Assembly (NCBI GenBank): GCA_002011125.2 | Contig: MTMF02000009.1 | Coordinates: 611,095-675,094 of the forward strand | Origin: Candidatus Hydrothermarchaeum profundi | GTDB lineage: Archaea; Hydrothermarchaeota; Hydrothermarchaeia; Hydrothermarchaeales; Hydrothermarchaeaceae | Length of the DNA: 64,000 nt | Reading direction: 5' to 3' | Shown: piece by piece, positions 20,496 through 33,366 of the stretch | Position numbering within the stretch: position 1 is the stretch's first letter | Layout of the letters: each line of letters opens with the position of its first letter | The notes under the pieces: generated by a model | The model's database searches: none | Told to the model about the DNA's origin: nothing | The model's input: the letters and a program-made list of their open reading frames with translations, nothing else | Translations under genes and position numbers: made by a program

Positions 20496-22454
20496 TCAAT
20501 CTTCCTTGAATGCTGCATGAATCATAGCCATTATTTGATTATCACTAAAATGCTTTATTTGCATCGCTCCAGTGGGACATGCTCCTGCACAACCTCCACA
20601 TCCTTTGCATAAGGCTTGATTAACCCTCGCTTTTCTTTCCACGATCTGAATTGCACCAAAGTCACAGACTCTTTCACATATCCTACATCCGATGCATTTC
20701 TCAGGATCAGCCTCAGCTAATATAGGCTCTATTTCTACTTCTCCCTTAGACATGGGAATAGCAGCTCTAGCTGCAGCGGCACTACCCTGTGCTACAGTAT
20801 CAGGAATATCTTTAGGCCCCTGTGCAGTCCCCGCTAGAAAGACTCCCTCTGTTAGGGTATCTATGGGCCTTAATTTTGGATGAGCTTCCAAAAAGAAGCC
20901 ATCTGCACCTCTTGATATACGCAGGATTTTTTGAAGCTTTTCTGCATCCTTAGGAGGTTCCATACCCACTGAAAGAACTACAAGATCGAGATCGACTTCT
21001 ATAGTTTCTCCTAACAAAGTGTCTTCAACTCGCAGTATTAAGTTCTTAGTTTGTGGGTCCTCTAATATCTCTCCAGGACGCCCTCTTATAAATTTTATAC
21101 CGTATTCATCTTGAGCAATTTTATAAAACTCTTCATAGCCCTTCCCAAAAGCTCTGATATCCATATAAAATATGTAGATATCAGTTTCAGGATGCTTCTC
21201 CTTGTATAGCCTAGCATTTTTTATGGCGTACATGCAACAAACTCTTGAACAGTATTTATTAGTCGCTTCATCTCTAGAGCCTACGCACTGGATAAAGCCT
21301 ATGCTTTTAGGCTCTTTCCCATCAGATGGTCTGAGAAGCTTTCCACCTGAAGGACCTGAAGCATTTATGAGCCTCTCAAATTCTAGACCATTTATGACAT
21401 TGTCGTATATCCCATACCCATATTCCTCTTTTCTCCGAGCATCAAATATATCAAAGCCAGTAGCAACGATAATTGTGCCAACCTCGATCTCTATTTCTTC
21501 TGGTCCAGAGTCGAAATTAATAGCGTCAGGATCACATACATTCAGGCACATTCCGCATCCTACACAATTTTCTTGGTCTATAGTATAAATGAGAGGTACT
21601 GCCTGTGGAAAGGGTACGTAGATGGCTTTCCGTGTGCCTAATCCTAGATCAAATTCGTTTGGCACTTCAACAGGGCATACATCAGCGCAAATCCCGCAAC
21701 CTGTACAGTCATCTGTCACGAAACGCGGTTTCTTCTCTACTTTAACCTTAAAGTTTCCTATGAAACCGTCTATTTCTTTAACCTCTGAGTACGTAAGTAA
21801 TTCAATATTTGGATGTCTTGCTACATCTACCATCTTTGGAGTTAGGATGCAAGCCGAGCAGTCCATAGTTGGGAAGGTTTTATCTAGCATGGCCATTTTT
21901 CCGCCTATTGTCGGGCTCTTCTCCACTAAATAAACCTTAAACCCTTGATCAGCAAGGTCTAAGGAGGCCTGAATACCAGCTATACCCCCACCAATCACTA
22001 GTGCCTTATCTGTTACTTTTACTTTCGGTTTTTCTAAAGGCTCCAATAGCCGGGCCTTTGCTACCGCCATCCTCACTAAGTCTTTTGCTTTCTCCGTAGC
22101 TTTTTCGGGCTCTTTCATATGGACCCAAGACGAATGTTCTCTAATGTTAGACATCTCCATCAAGAAAGGATTAATGCCCGCTTCTTCGCATGCCGCTCTA
22201 AAAGTAGGCTCGTGCATTCTAGGAGAACATGCGGCAACTACTATCCTATTAAGATTATGTTCTTTTATGTCTTTTATTATCATTTCTTGCCCAGGATCTG
22301 AGCACATATATTTGTAATCCTTCGAAAGGACTACGTTCTTTAGTGTTCCAGCATACTTGGCGACCTCTTCAACATCAATCACTCCAGCGATGTTTATGCC
22401 ACAGTGGCAAATATAAACTCCTATCCTTGGTTCTTCCTTATTTCCCTCTACCAT
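20496..22454 (-). CDS. hdrA: Heterodisulfide reductase subunit A (flavin-based electron bifurcating)
   Basis: [52 protein letters not shown] and ferredoxin domains. Confidence 0.95.
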   Translation of the reverse strand: MVEGNKEEPRIGVYICHCGINIAGVIDVEEVAKYAGTLKNVVLSKDYKYMCSDPGQEMIIKDIKEHNLNRIVVAACSPRMHEPTFRAACEEAGINPFLMEMSNIREHSSWVHMKEPEKATEKAKDLVRMAVAKARLLEPLEKPKVKVTDKALVIGGGIAGIQASLDLADQGFKVYLVEKSPTIGGKMAMLDKTFPTMDCSACILTPKMVDVARHPNIELLTYSEVKEIDGFIGNFKVKVEKKPRFVTDDCTGCGICADVCPVEVPNEFDLGLGTRKAIYVPFPQAVPLIYTIDQENCVGCGMCLNVCDPDAINFDSGPEEIEIEVGTIIVATGFDIFDARRKEEYGYGIYDNVINGLEFERLINASGPSGGKLLRPSDGKEPKSIGFIQCVGSRDEATNKYCSRVCCMYAIKNARLYKEKHPETDIYIFYMDIRAFGKGYEEFYKIAQDEYGIKFIRGRPGEILEDPQTKNLILRVEDTLLGETIEVDLDLVVLSVGMEPPKDAEKLQKILRISRGADGFFLEAHPKLRPIDTLTEGVFLAGTAQGPKDIPDTVAQGSAAAARAAIPMSKGEVEIEPILAEADPEKCIGCRICERVCDFGAIQIVERKARVNQALCKGCGGCAGACPTGAMQIKHFSDNQIMAMIHAAFKED

Positions 22455-22525
22455 TTAAGCACCTTCATTATCAGTCATTCAAGATTTTTTATAAATATTA
22501 CTGTCTATAAAAAATTTAGAAAATC

Positions 22526-23257
22526 CTATTTCTTCTCTAATCTTAAAGATATAGTTATCCTATATATTTTCTTTCCATTTTTATCGATACCGCTCAATGT
22601 TGGCGATATCTTTAACTCTCCTTCATATTTTTTCTTAAGAATTTTAGCTATTTTTTTAGCTACTTTTGATGAACCAAAATAGATGTCAATTCCTTTTTTA
22701 AGTTTTTTGACTTTTGTGATGAATGCTTTGCTCTCTTTTTTAGCATAAGCATCAGTAATCTCTTCTACTTCTTCTAAGATGCCAATAGGAATTTCGTTCC
22801 TTATCTGTAAAATAGCTTCGTAGTAGCCTCCATGCATTCGGGAACAATCTTTGCACAGCTCGGTTATCACATTTACTTCTATATTCTTTGAGTCTTCAAA
22901 GGTTTCTCCTTCAATGCATCCTTTAACTCTAAGCAGCAGTGATACTTCATATCTATTCTTTGATTTCTGCTTTATTTTCTCTACGCTTATTATTTGCTCC
23001 GGGTCCTTCAGATCTAATATAGTTATAGAATTTTGTAAAGAGACTATAGATGCGCTTTCCAGCACTTCTCCTAGTTCGTTACCGATATATTTCCAATTTC
23101 CCTTTTCATAATATCTTAGGCAATTACCACATATCTTTACTTCTATTTTATTCGGAACCCTTAGAATCTCTTTTTCCTTTATAAAACAGTCAAAGCATTT
23201 ACCTTCTACTAAATTGTTAGTAATTTTTCCACAGATATAACAAAAACGTTTTGGCAT
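22526..23257 (-). CDS. Archaeal NMD3-family protein
   Basis: CYICG...CFDC, CGNC, CKDCSR..GGYYEAILQIR. Confidence 0.85.
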   Translation of the reverse strand: MPKRFCYICGKITNNLVEGKCFDCFIKEKEILRVPNKIEVKICGNCLRYYEKGNWKYIGNELGEVLESASIVSLQNSITILDLKDPEQIISVEKIKQKSKNRYEVSLLLRVKGCIEGETFEDSKNIEVNVITELCKDCSRMHGGYYEAILQIRNEIPIGILEEVEEITDAYAKKESKAFITKVKKLKKGIDIYFGSSKVAKKIAKILKKKYEGELKISPTLSGIDKNGKKIYRITISLRLEKK

Positions 23258-23261
23258 AATT

Positions 23262-23558
23262 TTACATGATTGCCATTTGGGCGTGGGATACTCCTTTGAT
23301 TTTCAATACGTTTTCTGAGTCAATTATTCCTTCTTCAATGGCTAACTTCACTATATTATTGCCTACTAAATTTGCAATCGTTGCAGTCGATAAATGATGA
23401 CGCATCTCTTCTTCTCCTACTATCTCTCCACCATAAAATTCCTCTGTAATTTTGAGGATAAGTTCTCCATCCTCCAGAATCTTTCCACACAAATCCTTAT
23501 CACACGCTGCTACGATTATTTCGTTTTCGACTCTATATATCTTAGTATAAAATTTCAT
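23262..23558 (-). CDS. DUF424-family protein
   Basis: VAACD..L.GK, FYGG, ANLVG, I.GV.HAQ. Confidence 0.85.
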   Translation of the reverse strand: MKFYTKIYRVENEIIVAACDKDLCGKILEDGELILKITEEFYGGEIVGEEEMRHHLSTATIANLVGNNIVKLAIEEGIIDSENVLKIKGVSHAQMAIM

Positions 23559-23587
23559 AAATGCGGCCTGCTTTAAATTCTATTAAA

Positions 23588-24247
23588 CTAAATTTTCTTA
23601 AACCTGCCAATTTTAGGCTCGTATATCTCTCCATCACCCATAAGTTCTCCCAAAACTTCTTCAAGGTCTTCGTCATTAAGATTACTTTCATTCAACAAAG
23701 TTATATATTTTACTCCCTCTCCCTCATCTAGTTCTTCTATTAAATTCAAAACAAGCATTTTTTTATCAGTTATAGCAGATTCCTCTTCAATTTTCTCAGA
23801 CACCTTTTCATGCTCACTTTTTTCTTTTTCCCCTCCTAACTTATGAACTTTTAAAAGTAACTCAAGTTTTCTAACTAGCTCCCAATTAGGGTCGTCTATT
23901 TTTCGAACAGACTCAACATTAATGTATTTTTCACCCTCGTATTCTTTTATTTTACCAACTATATCTACAATATCCCCCTCATTCACATTTTTGACAAATT
24001 CCACATCGCCCCTAAAAGCTCTACACGCTATCGTGTCAGTACCGTCGTCCAAGGTTAAAGCTCCAAAATTTTCTTCTTCATTTATATATTTTGATACTAC
24101 TGTGCCCATAATCCTAACTCTTGAAATTTCTTCTCCTAAAGGCGTAATTAAAAGATTTGGATCAAGCCTACCCTCGCCTTTGATAAAGTCACCGCCGATT
24201 ATATCTTTTATTCTAACTTTTGAGGCTATGCTTCTCTGCAATACCAT
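23588..24247 (-). CDS. RPA32/RPA2-like OB-fold + winged-helix ssDNA-binding protein
   Basis: RVRIMGTVV, LDDGT..I OB fold; C-terminal G.IYEP..G..K winged helix; follows mcm. Confidence 0.8.
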   Translation of the reverse strand: MVLQRSIASKVRIKDIIGGDFIKGEGRLDPNLLITPLGEEISRVRIMGTVVSKYINEEENFGALTLDDGTDTIACRAFRGDVEFVKNVNEGDIVDIVGKIKEYEGEKYINVESVRKIDDPNWELVRKLELLLKVHKLGGEKEKSEHEKVSEKIEEESAITDKKMLVLNLIEELDEGEGVKYITLLNESNLNDEDLEEVLGELMGDGEIYEPKIGRFKKI

Positions 24248-26293
24248 TTATACCACCTTATACCTATCATTTCGCTTTGGATCATAAATGTAGCCATCTA
24301 ATTTCAATCTTTCAATAGCTTTTTCAACTTCTTTTTCTGGGATTCCATATTTTCCGGCTCTCTCTATTATTTCAGATTTCTTTACAGGGGCGTTGAGTTC
24401 ATTTTCTAGCTCCTTAATTATATCTAGTACCTGAGTGAGGCGCTCTCTTTGGGATTTAGTTACTCCCACCATTATTTTATCTATATCATATTTACCCGTC
24501 TCTAAGTCAAGTCCAGCTTGTTTTAAAGATTCTGTAATAAGCCTAATAGCTCGATTTACGTCCTCTACATCTGTCTGTTGAGATAGCCGAACTCTAGCTG
24601 AAGCCCGTGCTATTCTTATGATGGCCCAAAGCTGTCTAGCCGTGAGAGGTATGGGTACTCCTTCTGCCTCCTTAGCGGCTTCTCTCATTTCCACATAAAA
24701 TTCTTCTATCTTTTTTTTAGCATCCTCGGTCAGAAGAGGATAGCAATTTTGCCGTGCATATGCAATATATTTTCTCAGGAGATCTGTAGGTATTCTTGGG
24801 CCTATCTGGGTTGGCGATGTAACGGTATTCAGTATATGCTTTGCTACTTCTCTGGTTTCCTCTAATTCATCTCTTACAAAAAATATTAGATCAAACCTTG
24901 ATAATATGGTAGGAGGGAGATTAATTTGCTCCGATATAGATCTGTATTCGTCAAATCTCCCATATTTAGGATTTGCAGCAGCTAATATGGAACATCTAGC
25001 TCTAAAAGTCGCTAATAAACCCGCTTTCGCTATACTAACAGTTTGCTGTTCCATGGTTTCATGCATTCCCGCTCTGTCATTAGGCTCCATTTTCTCGAAT
25101 TCATCTATGCACGCAATCCCTTTATCAGCCATTACCAAAGCGCCGGCTTCAAGACTCCATCCACCATCACCAAATTCATCCTTTACTGCGGCAGCTGTTA
25201 ATCCTGCCGCAGAAGCTCCCTTTCCTGAAGCATACACTCCTCTTGGTGCAAGTTCTTTTGCAACGTATTGCAGAATCTCTGATTTTCCGGTGGCAGGCTC
25301 ACCTATGATTATTATATGACTATCGCCCCGAATTCTGCCTCCATCCGGTAACTTGAGTGCAGGAGAAGAAAATAGCTGGTACATTATTGCCTCTTTAATG
25401 TCATTGTATCCGAAAATATGTGGAGCTATGCTGTCTCTAATCTTCTCATAAATTAGAGGGTCTTTAGAAAGTTCTTTTATTTTTTCCTCATCTTCCTTAC
25501 TTATCTCAAGCTCTTCAAATTCCATTTCTATTGTTCTAACAGAATTTGCTTCCAAATAAATTTCAAATACCCTAGAGTTTTTTTCTTTGTACTTTTTTTT
25601 AATGGCTCTAAGTATACCAACAACTTCAATCTTATCTCCAGGCGTGATTCTCCCGGTTATATCGTCTTCTAGATAGATAGATATCTGTTTAGGATGCTCA
25701 CCTCCGCGAAGGTCTTCCAAGGACTCTTGAATCAATATTTTTTGAGAATCTATTAGAACCGACTCGGAGATTTTCAACTTAAAGGGCCCCCGAGTTTCGC
25801 AATTTTCACAGAGAAAAGGTTGCTTTATTCTTTCTCCTTCTTGATCTACAAGTGTAACATCTCCGCATCGTTGACATTCAAAAGCTCCAACAACTAGTTT
25901 AGGTCTAACGTCGGTTGATTTCCTCACAATCCCCTCTACCATTAGGAGCTTTCCGACATCTTCGCTTCGAAGGTCGCGAATCATCATTTTATGGGTCTGG
26001 GGGAGATTCACGAACCTAACGTTTATTTTAACAGTTTCATGGTCTAATGGTAGATCAATATTTTTTAGAGCTTTCTCCATACTTGATATAAGATAGTCTG
26101 GGTTAACGATAAGTTCATCTGCTAGAGTCATATCGAACTTATCAAGGTCGTTGAAATCAATGTGAAGGCTCCGGATTTCTGGGTAACTCTCGGATACCTT
26201 TAATATTTCCCTCGTATAATAGGTCCTCAAGAATCTCTCCAATTTTGTTTCTAGGTCTACTATTCCGGTGCTCTTTGTTTCTGTATCATCCAT
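24248..26293 (-). CDS. mcm: Replicative helicase MCM (no intein)
   Basis: CQRC/CENC Zn finger, GEPATGKS, GLTAA, EAGALVMAD.G.ACIDE, AAANP, LSRFDL. Confidence 0.95.
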   Translation of the reverse strand: MDDTETKSTGIVDLETKLERFLRTYYTREILKVSESYPEIRSLHIDFNDLDKFDMTLADELIVNPDYLISSMEKALKNIDLPLDHETVKINVRFVNLPQTHKMMIRDLRSEDVGKLLMVEGIVRKSTDVRPKLVVGAFECQRCGDVTLVDQEGERIKQPFLCENCETRGPFKLKISESVLIDSQKILIQESLEDLRGGEHPKQISIYLEDDITGRITPGDKIEVVGILRAIKKKYKEKNSRVFEIYLEANSVRTIEMEFEELEISKEDEEKIKELSKDPLIYEKIRDSIAPHIFGYNDIKEAIMYQLFSSPALKLPDGGRIRGDSHIIIIGEPATGKSEILQYVAKELAPRGVYASGKGASAAGLTAAAVKDEFGDGGWSLEAGALVMADKGIACIDEFEKMEPNDRAGMHETMEQQTVSIAKAGLLATFRARCSILAAANPKYGRFDEYRSISEQINLPPTILSRFDLIFFVRDELEETREVAKHILNTVTSPTQIGPRIPTDLLRKYIAYARQNCYPLLTEDAKKKIEEFYVEMREAAKEAEGVPIPLTARQLWAIIRIARASARVRLSQQTDVEDVNRAIRLITESLKQAGLDLETGKYDIDKIMVGVTKSQRERLTQVLDIIKELENELNAPVKKSEIIERAGKYGIPEKEVEKAIERLKLDGYIYDPKRNDRYKVV

Positions 26294-26406
26294 AAATAAC
26301 CCACGACCTTTTACTTAATTCTAATATAACCGCATTTCTATTTACGAAGGATAGCTTCTTTGGTGGACGTCTTCCTTTGAAAGACTCTCCTCGTAATAAG
26401 GGGGCA

Positions 26407-26427
26407 TCCAATAGAAATAATGGGGGG
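26407..26427 (+). promoter_or_regulatory. ORB-like element (TCCAATAGAAATAATGGGGGG), candidate Cdc6/Orc1 site
   Basis: Fits TCCA-N3-GAAA-N4-G-string pattern; lies in the intergenic gap upstream of mcm. Confidence 0.3.
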
Positions 26428-26488
26428 ATACTACTTCTTCTTTATCCGAGAGAGCATAGGAAAAGTGCCACTTTACTTCCACTACATT

Positions 26489-27383
26489 TTAGTAATCTAA
26501 ACTAATGCCATAGGCATGCTCAATATTGTCTTTATGTATCTTCCAAAGGTCTTCTTCGTTTATTACTCCTCTTTCATATAGCAAGCGGCTTATTCTAGGA
26601 ACACTTTTGGGACCTACTACAGCTCCGGGTCGTGATAGGTCGTCAATATAATCGCTTTCCATTAAGAACCTATTACCCTCCCTTACAGCTCTCGCTATAT
26701 TCTCTTTAGATGCAATTAATGATGGCAATATTCCGGTCTTTTCTCCGGCCTTTATAAGGGGTGGAGAGTAGTGTTTTATCACTTTATAGGGTTTCAAGCC
26801 AGCTTGCAGGGCCATTTCTCTAAACTCAGTGAAATGTGTATCCGTGACGGTTTCGGTATGTAATTGTACTGCGCAATTTATATCTGCTGCAGTCTCCATA
26901 ATTTTTAAAAGGAAGTCATTGCATGCTTCATAGACTTCATTTTCTACCTCGAAGTGTGGCCTACCTACTTCTCCTAGGGCTATTGCTTCTTCATTAACTA
27001 TTTTTTTCCCCATCTTTTCTATGACTTTAAATCCTATTTCTTTGGCTGCTTTAATTGAGAATCTATTACACATTAAAACAAAGTCAGCAGGATGGATACC
27101 TATAACAGGAAATGACTTCACATTCGTTTCTTTGTTAATAGTTTTAGAGATCGAGATTGTCTTGTCTGATAGTTTTAAAAGTCCCTCTTCAGTAGGTTGG
27201 AGTTTCCAGTCGGCAGTAGTTTTACACACCAAAAAGATAAATCTACCTCCAGCGTGTTCAAACTTCTTAACTGCATTTAACCCCTCCCCATTAATAGGGT
27301 CAATATGTATATGGTTGTCCGTATAGCCTTCAATGGGAATTTTTCTTGGGATTTCCTTATATACCGTATTTGAATAAAGGACT

Positions 27384-27403
<20 letters not shown>
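26489..27403 (-). CDS. TatD-family metal-dependent hydrolase
   Basis: DNHIH, GIHPA, GEVGRPH, QLHTE, KHYS, MESDYIDD..RPGAV.GP. Confidence 0.85.
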
Positions 27404-29403
<2,000 letters not shown>

Positions 29404-29527
29404 ATAATATTTTTGAACTGCTCACATTTTTTAGCTTCCCTTAAAGAGCTGAAAAAGGGGTTCTCTGATTTTATTCCTCACGCTATTAAGGGCTTTAAGT
29501 AATTGGCAGCAGCGTGCTTGCATAAAC

Positions 29528-29590
29528 TTTAAATAAGAGCACCGCTACTCTGAATGAGCATAAATGTTCATTAATGTATAAAAATATACA
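29528..29590 (+). promoter_or_regulatory. trp operon promoter (TTTAAATA TATA box) followed by four TGTACA-like TRP boxes at 10-bp period
   Basis: TATA at 29528-29535; hexamers TGAGCA 29555, TGTTCA 29565, TGTATA 29575, TATACA 29585, each separated by 4 bp. Confidence 0.65.
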
Positions 29591-29602
29591 TTGTGCATGT
29601 GT

Positions 29603-30349
29603 ATGAATTTTAAAACGATTCTCGAAGATTGCAAATCCCGTTATAAGGGCTTTGACCAAAAAGTAGTGCAAACTAGAAAACCTAGAGATTTTGTCACTTC
29701 AATTTTACAAGCAAAGAAATATGGATTAAACCCCATTATTTCAGAGATTAAGCCAGCTTCGCCTAGTGGAGTGTTAAGGGAGATAAACAATGTTAGGGAA
29801 TTAGCTCTAGAGATGACCGCAGGGGGGGCATGCGGAGTATCGGTTCTTACAGAGGAAAAATATTTTCAGGGGGCTCTCGGAAATCTAAAAGCAGTTTCGG
29901 AAGTTTCTAATATTCCTGTTCTGAGAAAGGATTTCATTTTCGATGAAGCTCAGATAGATGAGTCTTATTATTATGGCGCGGATTCTCTACTATTAATATC
30001 CAGCTTTTTAAAAAAAGACCATTTAAAAAAGTTTATTGCGAGAGCTAGGGGTTATGGGATGGAACCATTAGTGGAGATCCATTCTCTAAGGGATGTCAAA
30101 AAAGCTAAAGTTGCGGGAGCTAAAGTTTTTGTTATTAACAATAGAGACAAAGATACTCTGAAAATAGACCTAGGGAAGAGTAAGAGTCTTTCTAAATATA
30201 TTGAAGGGATAAAAATTAGCGCTTCAGGCATTAAAAATCTAGACGATTTGAATTTTGTGCTTGAGTATTGCGATGCAGCATTAATAGGTACGTCCATCAT
30301 GAAGGCAGATAATATTCTAGAAAAGGTGAAGGAATTTGTTCGCGCTTGA
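29603..30349 (+). CDS. trpC: Indole-3-glycerol phosphate synthase
   Basis: ISEIKPASPS.G, SVLTE..YF.G, PVLRKDFI, INNRD, SASGI; start set at ATG 29603. Confidence 0.93.
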   Translation: MNFKTILEDCKSRYKGFDQKVVQTRKPRDFVTSILQAKKYGLNPIISEIKPASPSGVLREINNVRELALEMTAGGACGVSVLTEEKYFQGALGNLKAVSEVSNIPVLRKDFIFDEAQIDESYYYGADSLLLISSFLKKDHLKKFIARARGYGMEPLVEIHSLRDVKKAKVAGAKVFVINNRDKDTLKIDLGKSKSLSKYIEGIKISASGIKNLDDLNFVLEYCDAALIGTSIMKADNILEKVKEFVRA

Positions 30350-31784
30350 GGAAGTCTACGATATAGCGGAAGAGTTAGGATACCCCTGTGTTATACCTCT
30401 TGTTAAGACCATAAAAAAAATTAGATTAAAGCCTACTGATGTATATGCTTCTCTAAAAGACAGTGATTATTCATTCTTGCTAGAATCAGCGATCGTAGGA
30501 GAAAAAGTTGCAAGATACTCTTTTCTGGGAAAGGAGCCTTTGGATGTTATTAAAATTAAAGATGGAGTATTGTATACCAATAAAGACAAAAGGGTATTTT
30601 CAAATCCAATAGAACTGCTCAGAAAATTCATAGCTCGGTATAATGTCTACGAGAATAGACTACCCCGCTTTTTTGGGGGGCTTTTAGGCTATTTTTCTTA
30701 TGATTTCATAAGATATTTTGAGGAAATTGGAAATTCTTCTAAACCAGATTTAATAAACGACGCCGAGTTCATGTTTGTAAAGGATTTAATAGTGTTCGAT
30801 CACTGGAGGGATGAGATTCTATTGATTTCAAATCTACTAATAGAGGAGGAAAGGGAAATAAGGCCTAAATTCAAAATAGCTCAAGAAATAATAAGAGAGC
30901 TACAGCAAATAGTAGGAGTTTCTAAGCCCTATAAAATAGAATTTAACGGCCAGGAAGTAGATGTAGAAAGCAATTTCAAAAAGGAAGAGTTTGAAGATGC
31001 AGTATATAAAGCAAAAGAATATATTTACGCTGGAGATATCTTTCAAGTCGTTCTTTCTCAAAGATTTTCATGTAAGACAGATGCTGACCCTTTCCATGTA
31101 TACTTGGCTTTAAAGGAGATAAATCCTTCGCCTTATATGTACTTTCTCAAATTTGGTGATTTGAATATTATAGGTTCTAGCCCTGAGATCCTTGTGAAGA
31201 CAGAAAGGTCTAAAGTCATCCTGAGGCCTATAGCAGGTACAAGACCTAGGGGGAGGGATATAGTTGAAGATGAAGCGTTAGGAAGGGAGATGGTAAATGA
31301 TCCTAAAGAGAGGGCAGAACATGTTATGCTAGTGGACTTGGGTAGAAATGACATCGGCAAAGTCTCGAAATTTGGAACTGTGCATGTGAATGAGTTCATG
31401 GCTATTGAGAAGTATTCTCATGTGCAGCATATAGTTAGTAATGTGGTAGGCGAGTTGAGAGAGGGTATGGATTCTTACGACGCCCTACAAGCCACTTTTC
31501 CAGCAGGAACAGTGAGTGGGGCTCCAAAGATTAGGGCGATGCAAATAATAGAGGAGCTGGAGCCAGTGAGACGGGGTATCTATGCGGGTGCAGTGGGATA
31601 TTTTTCATTTAATGGAGATATGGATTTCGCAATCACAATACGTACAATAGTTATGTACGGCAAGGATGCACAGGTACAAGTAGGGGCAGGAATAGTAGTG
31701 GACTCGAATCCTGAAAGAGAATATCAGGAGACGGTTAACAAAGGAAAAGCTATGTTAAAAGCTATAGAGATGGTGAACAAATGA
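30336..31784 (+). CDS. trpE: Anthranilate synthase component I
   Basis: LLES, GDIFQVVLSQR, NPSPYM, GSSPE, PIAGTR.RG, KERAEH.MLVDLGRND. Confidence 0.95.
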   Translation: MFALEEVYDIAEELGYPCVIPLVKTIKKIRLKPTDVYASLKDSDYSFLLESAIVGEKVARYSFLGKEPLDVIKIKDGVLYTNKDKRVFSNPIELLRKFIARYNVYENRLPRFFGGLLGYFSYDFIRYFEEIGNSSKPDLINDAEFMFVKDLIVFDHWRDEILLISNLLIEEEREIRPKFKIAQEIIRELQQIVGVSKPYKIEFNGQEVDVESNFKKEEFEDAVYKAKEYIYAGDIFQVVLSQRFSCKTDADPFHVYLALKEINPSPYMYFLKFGDLNIIGSSPEILVKTERSKVILRPIAGTRPRGRDIVEDEALGREMVNDPKERAEHVMLVDLGRNDIGKVSKFGTVHVNEFMAIEKYSHVQHIVSNVVGELREGMDSYDALQATFPAGTVSGAPKIRAMQIIEELEPVRRGIYAGAVGYFSFNGDMDFAITIRTIVMYGKDAQVQVGAGIVVDSNPEREYQETVNKGKAMLKAIEMVNK

Positions 31785-32353
31785 AAGTTCTAATTATCGA
31801 TAACATGGACTCATTTGTTTATAATCTGTATCAGTATATTGGGGAACTTGGAGCAGATGTAGAGGTAAGGAGAAATCACATAACGATTGAGGAAGTATTT
31901 AGAATTGACCCTGATAAAATAATAATAAGTCCCGGACCTGGAGTGCCTGAAAAAGCAGGAAGTAGTGTTGGAATAGTGAGAAGGTTTGGCCAAAATACGC
32001 CTATTCTTGGGGTTTGTTTAGGACACCAGGCCATTGGAGTAGCTTACGGTGCTAAAGTAAAAAGAGCTAAGACTCTAATGCACGGCAAAATTTCCTATAT
32101 AACTCATGATGGGTCCGGTATTTATAAAGGAGTTAAAAATCCGCTAATAGCTACAAGGTATCATTCATTAGCAATTGCAGAAGAGGATTTCCCTAAGACT
32201 CTAAAAGTAACCGCGAAAAGTGAAGACGGAGTGATAATGGGGGTAAGGCATGTTAAGTATCCCGTTGAGGGAGTACAATTCCATCCGGAATCTATTCTCA
32301 CTACTGAAGGGAAAAAATTGCTTAAAAACTTTCTGGACGGTGATATAGATTGA
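31781..32353 (+). CDS. trpG: Anthranilate synthase component II (glutamine amidotransferase)
   Basis: IDN.DSF, SPGPG.P, GVCLGHQ, RYHSL, QFHPES. Confidence 0.95.
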   Translation: MKVLIIDNMDSFVYNLYQYIGELGADVEVRRNHITIEEVFRIDPDKIIISPGPGVPEKAGSSVGIVRRFGQNTPILGVCLGHQAIGVAYGAKVKRAKTLMHGKISYITHDGSGIYKGVKNPLIATRYHSLAIAEEDFPKTLKVTAKSEDGVIMGVRHVKYPVEGVQFHPESILTTEGKKLLKNFLDGDID

Positions 32354-33366
32354 AGTATTTCATATCTAAACTGGTAGAAAAAGAAGACTTATCAGAGGAA
32401 GAGGCGAGGCAGGCAATGCAGACAATAATGTCGGGCAATGCCACAGATGCCCAAATCGGATCCTTCCTTACAGCCCTTAGAATGAAGGGTGAAACAGTAG
32501 AAGAGATATCAGCCTTTGCAAAGGTGATGAGAGAATTCGCGGAGAATATTAATCCTAGGGTTACCGGTACTCTAGTAGACACATGCGGGACTGGAGGAGA
32601 TACGGTAAAAACATTCAACATCTCAACTATAGCATCCTTCGTTGTCGCTGGTGCAGGGGTACCAATAGCGAAGCATGGAAATCGATCTGTGACATCAAAG
32701 TCTGGGAGTGCTGATTTAATAGAGGCATTAGGAGTGAAGATAGATCTCCCGCCAAAGGAAGTGGAGACGTGCATTGAAAAAGTTGGTATTGGATTTATGT
32801 TTGCCCCGATTTTCCATAAAGCGATGAAATATGCTATCGGCCCTAGAAGAGAGATGGGTATAAGAACAGTATTTAATATTCTTGGACCTTTAACTAATCC
32901 TGCCAATGCGAATGCGCAATTGTTAGGAGTATTTGATATCAATCTTACTGAGAAAATGGCACGTGTTCTCTATAGGCTGGGGGTAAAACGGGCTATGGTT
33001 GTGCATGGAATAGATGGCCTTGATGAAATATCTACTTTGGGAAAGACTCAGGTTTCTGAGCTTAATAATGGCGAAGTAAGGAGTTATCAAATAAAGCCTG
33101 AAGACTTTGGTCTAAAGAAAGCCTCTGTTTCCGAGTTAGCTGGAGGTAATGCGGAGAAAAACGCAGCAATAGCACTTAAAATATTAAGGGATAAGGAGAC
33201 TGATCCAAGAAGGGATATTGTAGAGCTTAATGCTGCTGCGGGCATCTATATTGGAAATAAAGCCTCATCTCTAGAGGAAGGATTAGAAGTAGCTAGAGAT
33301 TCTATAGACTCAGGCAAGGCTTTAGAAAAATTGGATGCCCTTATTAAGGAGACTAATTATAAGTAG
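32350..33366 (+). CDS. trpD: Anthranilate phosphoribosyltransferase
   Basis: [39 protein letters not shown]. Confidence 0.95.
   Translation: MKYFISKLVEKEDLSEEEARQAMQTIMSGNATDAQIGSFLTALRMKGETVEEISAFAKVMREFAENINPRVTGTLVDTCGTGGDTVKTFNISTIASFVVAGAGVPIAKHGNRSVTSKSGSADLIEALGVKIDLPPKEVETCIEKVGIGFMFAPIFHKAMKYAIGPRREMGIRTVFNILGPLTNPANANAQLLGVFDINLTEKMARVLYRLGVKRAMVVHGIDGLDEISTLGKTQVSELNNGEVRSYQIKPEDFGLKKASVSELAGGNAEKNAAIALKILRDKETDPRRDIVELNAAAGIYIGNKASSLEEGLEVARDSIDSGKALEKLDALIKETNYK

Noticed and set aside
20068-22454. Selenocysteine recoding in hdrA/mvhD
   Set aside because: Both frames are open with Cys at the usual Sec positions; no in-frame TGA
24248-26293. Intein in MCM, or inactive MCM because of variant motifs (GEPATGKS, DEFEK)
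   Set aside because: Length (681 aa) is normal, and the catalytic Lys, DE and arginine finger (SRF) are intact
26340-26482. 46-codon minus-strand ORF (VEVKWHFS...) upstream of mcm
   Set aside because: No recognisable motif or RBS; more likely non-coding
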